Positions 43,071-49,849 of a DNA stretch of 49,849 bases are shown one piece after another. The stretch's first letter is position 1, and each line of letters begins with the position of its first letter. A model generated the notes under the pieces. It had not been told where the DNA came from. It ran no database searches and saw nothing but the letters and a program-made list of their open reading frames with translations. This DNA is from a bacterium (GTDB taxonomy: Bacteria; Bacteroidota; Ignavibacteria; UBA10030). The position numbers were made by a program, and so were the translations under genes. Location of the stretch: assembly GCA_007280275.1 (NCBI GenBank), contig QYQB01000173.1, positions 1 to 49,849 of the forward strand, written 5' to 3'.

Positions 43071-44111
43071 CTATTTCTGGGAGACAGTTGTCCGAGGCCG
43101 AGGCATAGGTGTCATGAAGAGTTTTTTCAGGACTCTTGCGCACGATCTGGATTTCTTCAGGTAACTCCTGTTTAGGGTCAACAACCCTGCAGCAAAGTAG
43201 ACCGGGATTCGGACTGCGATTCCGGCAAGTTTCATGAAAACAGCTGCGGCTCGTTGGACACCATGGAAGTTCTTTCGTATGAAATACACCTGTGTGCCAT
43301 GGAACTGTTCGAACAAGCGCTCGATGCTCTCCACAGACCCGCCGCCATAGTGGATGATGGACGCCGACGGATAGAAGAGAGTTTGAAAGCCCGCTGCTTT
43401 TGCCCGAAAGCAGAAGTCGGTCTCCTCAGTGTACATGAAGTACGATTCATCGAAGAGCCCGATGTTCTCGATGACTTCCCGGCGAATCATCATGAATGCC
43501 CCCTTCACGACATCCACAGGACAAACGGCATCATGATCAAAATGTGTCATGTGGTACTTTCCGAACAGCCTGGTTCTACCGAAGATCCGGTACAGGAAGA
43601 AGCTCTCGGAGAAGAGGTTCCACACTGTGGGAAAACTCATGCACGAAGGTTGGAGCGATCCGTCCGCGTTCAGCAGCTTGCAACCTACGATTGATGGCTC
43701 CGGATGGGCTTCCATAAATTCGAGAGTCTTCTGAATCGCCCCGTCGAGAACCTTCGTATCGGAATTGAGCAGCAGGATGTAACGTCCACGGGCATCCTTC
43801 ATTCCCTGGTTGTTGGCGGCGGCAAAACCCTTGTTGTCTGAGTTGTAGATGGTGCGTACGTCAGGAAACTCCCCCTCCAGCATCTCGCGGCTTCCATCCT
43901 TTGAATCATTGTCGACGACAATGATTTCGTATTCGAGGCCAGTCGTCTCAGAGATGACCGAAGCCAGACACCCCCGGAGGAACTCGCGTGTGTTGTAGTT
44001 CACTATGAGAATTGAAGCATCCAATGCGGTCCGACTATCCTTTGACAGTGCTCTCAAAAAATCTTGTCCGAAGTTGGAGAAAGAAGTTCCGGTCCGCGTC
44101 GTCAAACACAA
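43071..44111 (-). CDS. GT2 glycosyltransferase
   Basis: SILIVNYNTREFLRGCLASV...EIIVVDNDSKDGS...LLNSDT. The listed start 44111 overlaps the upstream flippase by 77 nt. An alternative TTG at 44021 (MDASILIVNYN) would remove the overlap. Confidence 0.85.
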   Translation of the reverse strand: MCLTTRTGTSFSNFGQDFLRALSKDSRTALDASILIVNYNTREFLRGCLASVISETTGLEYEIIVVDNDSKDGSREMLEGEFPDVRTIYNSDNKGFAAANNQGMKDARGRYILLLNSDTKVLDGAIQKTLEFMEAHPEPSIVGCKLLNADGSLQPSCMSFPTVWNLFSESFFLYRIFGRTRLFGKYHMTHFDHDAVCPVDVVKGAFMMIRREVIENIGLFDESYFMYTEETDFCFRAKAAGFQTLFYPSASIIHYGGGSVESIERLFEQFHGTQVYFIRKNFHGVQRAAAVFMKLAGIAVRIPVYFAAGLLTLNRSYLKKSRSCARVLKKLFMTPMPRPRTTVSQK

Positions 44112-45597
44112 CGAACCAGAGGGTGATGCCGTAGGCGACGAACAGAGCGAGCAGGAGTCCGACTTTCATCATTCCGCTGACAAACACTGCGAGGACAAGG
44201 ACGAGACACATGAAAACCAGATTGTTCGCCAGCGTTCTTGGCTGGAACGGCGACGAACCTCTGTGGACTGCCGCTTTCGGAATAAGCCGATGCGCGGCGA
44301 ACGACAGCAACAAACAATCGGCCACCACACGGAGCGTGAAGGCGATTGCAGCGCCCAGCAATCCGAGCGAGTAGATCAAGAGTGCGGCCACAACGATCGT
44401 GGGGACAATCTCCATCATATGAAACTTCGCGATCGTGTCCGGACGCCCCGCCGCCTGAACAGCGGTGAGAGGAATCTGAGCCAGCGCGTTGAAAAGAAAG
44501 CCAACCGAGAGCACTTGCAGTACCACCGTTGATGACCGGGCGAATTCCGGACCAACCCACCAACCAAGAAAATCCGAAGCAAGCGAGAGCCCGGCGAGCG
44601 TGATCGGCAGGACAAAGGCCAAGAGGTACTTTATCGATCGCTGATAGAGGGCGGCTTGTGCGGCACTCATCCCCGAAGCCCCCTCGTTCTGGCTCAACGC
44701 CGGAAAAAGAACAAGGCTGAGACTGAAGGGAATGACGAGAAGCCTGCTCAGGATCTCCTGAGGCACCGCATAGTACCCGACTGCACTCAGACTCAGCAGA
44801 GAACCAATGAGAAACCGGTCCATGTACTGGAACAATGGGGCAATGACCTGGGAGACGGTGACCCAGCCACCGAAGCCAAACAACTTTCGCACCGTGCCAC
44901 GATCCCACCCAAGGCGGATGCTCGCCTGGTGCGGGCTGATCTTGCGCAACGACCAGAAGCTCGCCGCCGTCGTCACGACACGGGCTGCGACTGACAGGAC
45001 GACGATTTCAGTGAGGCCAAATCCCATGGAGATAAGAACGACCGAACCGACCCATTGTGTGGTTCCGAGAGCCCCCTGAAGCATGTTCATGATATCGAAC
45101 CGCTGGTAGGCCATCTGCACCGCTCGTGCGATGCCAGAAAGAAGGACAATGGGAAGCGCACAGGCGGTCCACTTCATCGACACGCTGGCCTCCCGTTGAA
45201 GCGCCGGACCAACGGAAAAAACAGAATTCACGATCCAGGGCGTGAGCATCCAAAGGGCCACTGAGACGGCGATCCCTATCAGCAGCGTCAATTGCAGTGA
45301 GGTGGAAACGATGGAGCGGATTTCATCGGCACGATCACGCACGATGGAGTCAACGAGAAACTTCGTAGCGGCACGGCTCACTCCAAGGTCCAGCAGGCTG
45401 AAGTACCCGAGAAAGGCCCAGACGAGCGACAGCAATCCGAATCGTTCGTCCGCGAGGCCGTGGACGATTTTCGGAATTGCCCAGACACCGAGCGCCATCA
45501 ATGCAATTTGTGTTGCAAGATTATAGAACGAGTTGCGCGCAAGAGCGAAGGGAAGCGCGGGTGCGTCGTTGCCGGTGGGGGTGACGGCAGTACTCAT
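44035..45597 (-). CDS. MOP-superfamily flippase (Wzx-like), second copy in the window
   Basis: Multi-TM protein. ATG 45597 forms an ATGA overlap with the upstream stop. N-terminus ...RNSFYNLATQIALMALGVWAIPKIV.... Confidence 0.8.
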   Translation of the reverse strand: MSTAVTPTGNDAPALPFALARNSFYNLATQIALMALGVWAIPKIVHGLADERFGLLSLVWAFLGYFSLLDLGVSRAATKFLVDSIVRDRADEIRSIVSTSLQLTLLIGIAVSVALWMLTPWIVNSVFSVGPALQREASVSMKWTACALPIVLLSGIARAVQMAYQRFDIMNMLQGALGTTQWVGSVVLISMGFGLTEIVVLSVAARVVTTAASFWSLRKISPHQASIRLGWDRGTVRKLFGFGGWVTVSQVIAPLFQYMDRFLIGSLLSLSAVGYYAVPQEILSRLLVIPFSLSLVLFPALSQNEGASGMSAAQAALYQRSIKYLLAFVLPITLAGLSLASDFLGWWVGPEFARSSTVVLQVLSVGFLFNALAQIPLTAVQAAGRPDTIAKFHMMEIVPTIVVAALLIYSLGLLGAAIAFTLRVVADCLLLSFAAHRLIPKAAVHRGSSPFQPRTLANNLVFMCLVLVLAVFVSGMMKVGLLLALFVAYGITLWFVVFDDADRNFFLQLRTRFFESTVKG

Positions 45598-47018
45598 AGC
45601 GATGGTCCCTGACCCGCGGGCCGCCATGCAGCTGCAATCGTTGCCCAGCATATCGCAATGATCAGCACGGAGTCGCGCGCATAGAACTGGGGCGAGGTGA
45701 TCGACACCTGCACCATCGCCACCAGAATGGCGGTGGAACTAAGAACCAGTGGGCGCAGTGTGTTCGTCCGATCCCGCAGGGAGATCTTTATTCCCACCCA
45801 GATCTTCGAGAGAAATGCGACGAGGAACATCATCAGCCCGATTATTCCGAGCTTGAACCAGAGGTAGAGATAGGCGTTATGGACATAGAACGTGTGCTGC
45901 GTCGTTTCGCGGAGGAGATGATACACGGAGTATTCAGTCCCGAGGCCGCTCCCGAGAATGGGATTCTTCTTGATCAGTTCCCATACCGTTGCCGACTCCA
46001 CGATCCGATTCGTTAAGGATTTGTCTGTCACCGCGGTTGCGGTCGAGAACAGCCGTCTGAAGATCGTATCGACCAGTGCCATGAATACATCGTAGAACAG
46101 CACCATCATCAGCACCGCCCCGGCCACGCCCACAATGGCTCCAAGTGTGAGGACCCTCTTCCTTTCCCTCCGGTCTCCTAGAAGAAACATTACCGCGATT
46201 CCGAGGAATGTCCCCAGCCAGTACCCTCGGGAGAACGTCAGAAGCAACGACAGGGAGAAGAATGAGACAACAAGAAACGACTGCAGCCGGGCAAGCGGTT
46301 TCTCTGCTGTCATCCAGAACGCCACGCCCGCGAGAACGACCGACATGAACAGGGGCTCATTCGCACTCTGCCTTCCGCCGAGCAGTTCCCAAATGTAGGT
46401 CGCAATCGCGACACCCGAGCGGTATTGATAGATATTCTTGGCGGCGATGCCGAGAGCGAGGACAAAAAACGACAGGTAGACAAGCCGGCGGACGCGCTCG
46501 CTCCGAATCCCCTGCCGAAGCGGAAAGTAGAACAAGAGGCAGAAGAACACCAGGAGTTCCCGCAACCATTGGAAGGGTTTGCCTTCCGCGACGAGGAGAG
46601 GCAGAACGGAAATTACTCCCAGAACCATGAACAGTGCCAGGGCGTTGTCTCCTGGAACAGTCGCAAGCCGTTCACGCTTTACGACAACGCGGTCGAGGAG
46701 CCAGAGGAGAAGTACCAGATAGAAAAACGCTGCGAACGCGTACTCGGAAAGAGACACTCCTTCCGTTCGCTGGGCGAACAAGGCAGCATGTCCAAGGATG
46801 ACGATGGGGAGCCAGAAGGTGAGCGAAGAGAGAGAGAAGAAAAGCACCCAACCCGCGAGAAGAACCATGGGCAGATAGAGGATATTGCCCGCCGTAATCC
46901 AAAGGGCGATGAGGCCTGCCTGGATGGCAACGAGTGCCATGAACGCCGACGGGGAGAGTCTGTTTTGATACGACCCGTGGAGCACCCCGTCGCCCGAATT
47001 CAGCGACAACACGCTCAC
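45594..47018 (-). CDS. O-antigen ligase / Wzy-type polymerase family membrane protein
   Basis: At least 10 TM helices. Wzy_C-type motifs LLTFSRGYWLG and NPILGSGLG...HNAYLYLWFKLGIIG. GTGA overlap with wzz. Confidence 0.8.
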   Translation of the reverse strand: MSVLSLNSGDGVLHGSYQNRLSPSAFMALVAIQAGLIALWITAGNILYLPMVLLAGWVLFFSLSSLTFWLPIVILGHAALFAQRTEGVSLSEYAFAAFFYLVLLLWLLDRVVVKRERLATVPGDNALALFMVLGVISVLPLLVAEGKPFQWLRELLVFFCLLFYFPLRQGIRSERVRRLVYLSFFVLALGIAAKNIYQYRSGVAIATYIWELLGGRQSANEPLFMSVVLAGVAFWMTAEKPLARLQSFLVVSFFSLSLLLTFSRGYWLGTFLGIAVMFLLGDRRERKRVLTLGAIVGVAGAVLMMVLFYDVFMALVDTIFRRLFSTATAVTDKSLTNRIVESATVWELIKKNPILGSGLGTEYSVYHLLRETTQHTFYVHNAYLYLWFKLGIIGLMMFLVAFLSKIWVGIKISLRDRTNTLRPLVLSSTAILVAMVQVSITSPQFYARDSVLIIAICWATIAAAWRPAGQGPSL

Positions 47019-48190
47019 CGTCGGTTCCTCAACCGGAAGAGTGAGCGGAAGATTTCGTAGTGCTCGGGTGAGGCAGACTGGAACGTCGCGAGGCGCTCCC
47101 TGAATGCGAAGATCGAAAGTGAAAGAAATGCCGCCGAGAGCGTCGCGATCAAGACGATGAGCATGCGCTTTGGCTTTGATTTCCTTTCAGCGGGCATCGC
47201 CCGGTCAAGAACTCCTACCGACGGGACATCTTTCTTCTCTTCCATGCGCGCTTGTTCATACAGGGGAATCAAGACCTCGAGGATCTTCGATTGGATGACG
47301 AGATTGCGATATAGCCGAAGTTGCTCCAAACCGAGGTCGGGTATCGACGCGACCTTCTGATTGAGAATCTGCAGCTCAAGCTTTTTCTTGGCCAATTCCG
47401 GATTGTCACTCCCCATCACTTTTGAGAGGAACTGGACTTCGAGCTCCCGAACTGCGCGCTCTGAATACAGCTCTGCGACGGCTTTTGCGCCACCCTGGAC
47501 GTCCTCGGGCACCGCGACACCGCCACTCCCTTTCTGAAATCGTTTGTACGCCTCTTCTGAAATCCGGAGGCTGTCTTTGGCCTCTTTGACATTCCCCTCC
47601 ACAAACTCGCGGTACTTTGTCGCACTCTGAAGGTTCAGGTCGGTGTTTGCGCGATTCAGGATTTCGATGAACTCATTTGCCATCGCGGCGGCACGGACAG
47701 GGTCAGTATCCTGTACCGTCACGCTGATATGGCCTTCTTCCGCAATGGTAACGCTGTAATTGTCCTCCAGCTCCTTCATTGTTTTCTCCATCGACGAGTC
47801 GGAGACATCGTACACGTGAATCAGATCGAATTTCCGCACCATCGCCTCTTTGGCGTACCGGCTGCCGAGAATCGAGAGGTAGTTATACGACGTGCCTTTG
47901 GCGCCGCCGATGCCGCCGATCGCCCGCAGCGGAGCGAATTCGCGCAACGCTGTGCTCAATGACCCAAGCGAGCTCAGGACGCCTGATTCCCGCGGAGGGA
48001 CGAACGTGACGGTGCTCTCATAGAGCACAGGGAGAAGGAACACAACGATTGCAGACGACACTGCAATCACCAGTGACGAGACCAGGACAAAGCGTCGGGC
48101 CCTGCCGAGGAACAGAATGAACCAGAGCACGGAACTCTGATCGATCAATTCTTCGGAAGGTTGTTGCGATTGAGTTGTTTTCTTCCCCAT
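47015..48190 (-). CDS. Polysaccharide chain-length determinant (Wzz/PCP family, no kinase domain)
   Basis: N-terminal TM then ...LLPVLYESTVTFVPP... (Wzz motif), a long coiled-coil periplasmic region, and a C-terminal TM (MLIVLIATLSAAFLSLSIFAF). Confidence 0.8.
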   Translation of the reverse strand: MGKKTTQSQQPSEELIDQSSVLWFILFLGRARRFVLVSSLVIAVSSAIVVFLLPVLYESTVTFVPPRESGVLSSLGSLSTALREFAPLRAIGGIGGAKGTSYNYLSILGSRYAKEAMVRKFDLIHVYDVSDSSMEKTMKELEDNYSVTIAEEGHISVTVQDTDPVRAAAMANEFIEILNRANTDLNLQSATKYREFVEGNVKEAKDSLRISEEAYKRFQKGSGGVAVPEDVQGGAKAVAELYSERAVRELEVQFLSKVMGSDNPELAKKKLELQILNQKVASIPDLGLEQLRLYRNLVIQSKILEVLIPLYEQARMEEKKDVPSVGVLDRAMPAERKSKPKRMLIVLIATLSAAFLSLSIFAFRERLATFQSASPEHYEIFRSLFRLRNRR

Positions 48191-48295
48191 ATGTTCCTCT
48201 CAGTTCGACATGTCGAAAGAACCATCCGCGCCGCATCTGCTGACATTGCACACATCACGGCACGAAGAACGCGTTTCGCCGCAGCGGACGCTCAG

Positions 48296-49849
48296 CTACC
48301 GGAACACTTGAAATGCAAGAATGAGAGCCGTTGCCAGCGAGGCGGTAACCATGACAATATCGCGGACAAGTGAAAACGTCTGGTAAAAATCCCGGATAGG
48401 TTTCTTGGGAACATAGATTTGATCGCCGGGCTGAATCGACGTATCGGCCGGATCAAGCCATTCCAAGGTAGCCTGTTTGATCACTTTGGTCTCGCCCGAA
48501 ACCGCGAGCTCCGAATACCCCCCTGCCCTTTCGATATAGAAACTGGAAGCCACACCCGGTACAAACGGCTGGTAGCCCGGCCTCTGAACCTGGCCGTGGA
48601 CGAGAACAGTTTGGCCATCCGCCGGCACATAGATGAAGTCATCGTTCTGAAGCACGATGTCTTGCGTAGTATCGCTATTCTGAATCAGCCTGACGAAATC
48701 GACTACCACGGGATGCCGCGAAGCCCTCAGGTCAGCGTTGAAATACGCGCTATCTCCGACAGTCACCTGCTGGCCTCTCAAACTCTGCAGTGCATAGAAC
48801 TGCATACCGAAGAGCTGCTTCTCCTGATCATCGCGGCGCAGGACGATTGCTCCTGACAGAAGGGCTTTGTCCGTGAAACCGCCCATTTCCCGGATGAGCC
48901 TGGAGAGGTGTGTGCCTTTTCGAAGAATCGGATACGTACCGGGCTTCTTGACCTCGCCTGTTACGGTCACTCCGTACACCCCCCTGTTATCAGGTGTCGA
49001 CGGAACGAGAATTCTGTCGCCGGGTCTCAGCGCGATGTTGGGTCGTTTTCCACCCGACATCTCGTTCAAATCAGTCTCGCTCTCTCCGTCTTCTTCTCCA
49101 CGCTCGTTGACGCGCGTCAACCGGACATGGCTCAGATCGGCTGATGGTGTTACGCCCTGCGCAATCTGAATCAGTGCGAGAAGACTGTCGCCCTCTGCAA
49201 ATTCATACCGGCCCGGAGCGTTGACAGCGCCAAAAACACCGATCGAAAATCTGGTGAGGTCTTTCTGAGGCACAAAAACGACATCCCCATCAAGGAGAAA
49301 CGGATTGTTCTGGTCCTCGCCGGTGGCGTAGAAGCGGGGAATGTCCACGCGGACGGTGTCGCCGTTGCGGCGAAAGAGAAGGATGCTGCGCGTCGATGCC
49401 CGATCGTACAATTCTGATCGCTGAAACAGCTGAGGGGGACGCAGCACACTTTCGGCGTTCAGAACACCTTCCTGCTGTGAGCCCCCGCCCGGCACGGTCA
49501 CGGTAGGCGCCAGAGCCGTTGAGCTGGCCCCGAGGAGAAGAAGCTTCTCCACCCTGTCGACAGCAGTCACCGCGAACTGTCCTTGTCGCAGCACCGTACC
49601 CCGCAACGTCACAACGAATGAGCGCGGGGCCGTGAGCGTCAGGGTTACTGTCCCGGCCGTGTATTTCTTTTTCACAAGCCCGGAAACAATTTCCTTTGCT
49701 TCGGAGAGCTTCTTCCCGCCGACCTTGACCTCACCGACGGTCGGGATAATGAGCGTCCCCTCCGGCGTGATTGTGAGCGCGTCTGAGAAACTCACGATCC
49801 CCCAGAGGCTGAGAGTCACCACATCCGACGGGCCGAGGATATACTTGGC
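48296..49849 (-). CDS. Polysaccharide export protein (Wza/OPX family, multiple SLBB domains); 5' end outside the window
   Basis: The frame stays open to the window edge (AKYILGPSDVVTLSLWG matches the Poly_export motif Y.lGPGD.l.i.vw). Repeated ...GDRILVP..., ...DDFIYVP... and ...GDQIYVP... are SLBB-type ends. C-terminal TM helix. Confidence 0.85.
   Translation of the reverse strand, partial: AKYILGPSDVVTLSLWGIVSFSDALTITPEGTLIIPTVGEVKVGGKKLSEAKEIVSGLVKKKYTAGTVTLTLTAPRSFVVTLRGTVLRQGQFAVTAVDRVEKLLLLGASSTALAPTVTVPGGGSQQEGVLNAESVLRPPQLFQRSELYDRASTRSILLFRRNGDTVRVDIPRFYATGEDQNNPFLLDGDVVFVPQKDLTRFSIGVFGAVNAPGRYEFAEGDSLLALIQIAQGVTPSADLSHVRLTRVNERGEEDGESETDLNEMSGGKRPNIALRPGDRILVPSTPDNRGVYGVTVTGEVKKPGTYPILRKGTHLSRLIREMGGFTDKALLSGAIVLRRDDQEKQLFGMQFYALQSLRGQQVTVGDSAYFNADLRASRHPVVVDFVRLIQNSDTTQDIVLQNDDFIYVPADGQTVLVHGQVQRPGYQPFVPGVASSFYIERAGGYSELAVSGETKVIKQATLEWLDPADTSIQPGDQIYVPKKPIRDFYQTFSLVRDIVMVTASLATALILAFQVFR

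Noticed and set aside
44102-44908. 268-aa minus-strand ORF overlapping the flippase gene in another frame
   Set aside because: It is an Arg/Gly/Pro-rich alternative frame of a multi-TM flippase gene. The flippase frame shows the expected hydrophobic periodicity and operon coupling (ATGA overlap).
48204-48217. Perfect 14-bp palindrome TTCGACATGTCGAA between wza and wzz
   Set aside because: It is short, occurs once, and overlaps the likely RBS region of wzz. I cannot distinguish a regulatory site from chance, so it is not promoted to a finding.

Overview
This is a ~49.8 kb chromosomal segment. It most likely comes from an FCB-superphylum bacterium of the Ignavibacteria/Kapabacteria type. That placement is inferred from five proteins sharing one T9SS type-A C-terminal sorting domain, Shine-Dalgarno-led genes and sigma70-like promoters. 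No database search was possible.

Left third (1-12 kb): T9SS cargo genes and an outer-membrane beta-barrel gene, then a tRNA-Arg(UCG) locus that looks like a recombination hot spot. The locus holds a ~4.7 kb integrase-bearing island bounded by an exact 39-bp repeat equal to the 5' half of the tRNA. It also holds extra 5' and 3' tRNA fragments, a diverged copy of the tRNA upstream region, and dense REP-like hairpins.

Middle (12-30 kb): a three-gene minor-pilin-like operon, glgX, a DHp-only histidine-kinase-like gene, tadA, prfA and a DUF1385 gene. Two very large T9SS cargo proteins follow (a BNR/Asp-box protein and an HEXXH metalloprotease), with small lipoprotein genes.

Right 20 kb: a minus-strand polysaccharide (EPS/O-antigen-like) cluster. 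It encodes Wza, Wzz, a Wzy/ligase-like protein, two MOP flippases, GT2 and GT4 enzymes, a PEP-CTERM-type deacetylase, a methyltransferase, a DegT aminotransferase, a WbaP-like PGT, a Dpm1-like GT2 and a GT2 fused to a degenerate PGT domain. The cluster is interrupted by accA, a hotdog thioesterase and an unlisted 54-aa Trm112 ORF.

I saw no CRISPR array, rRNA or recognisable defence gene. The most unusual part is the tRNA-Arg island and its ~1.4 kb ORF-poor, repeat-rich core, to which I cannot assign a function. All functional calls rest on motifs read by eye from the supplied translations.
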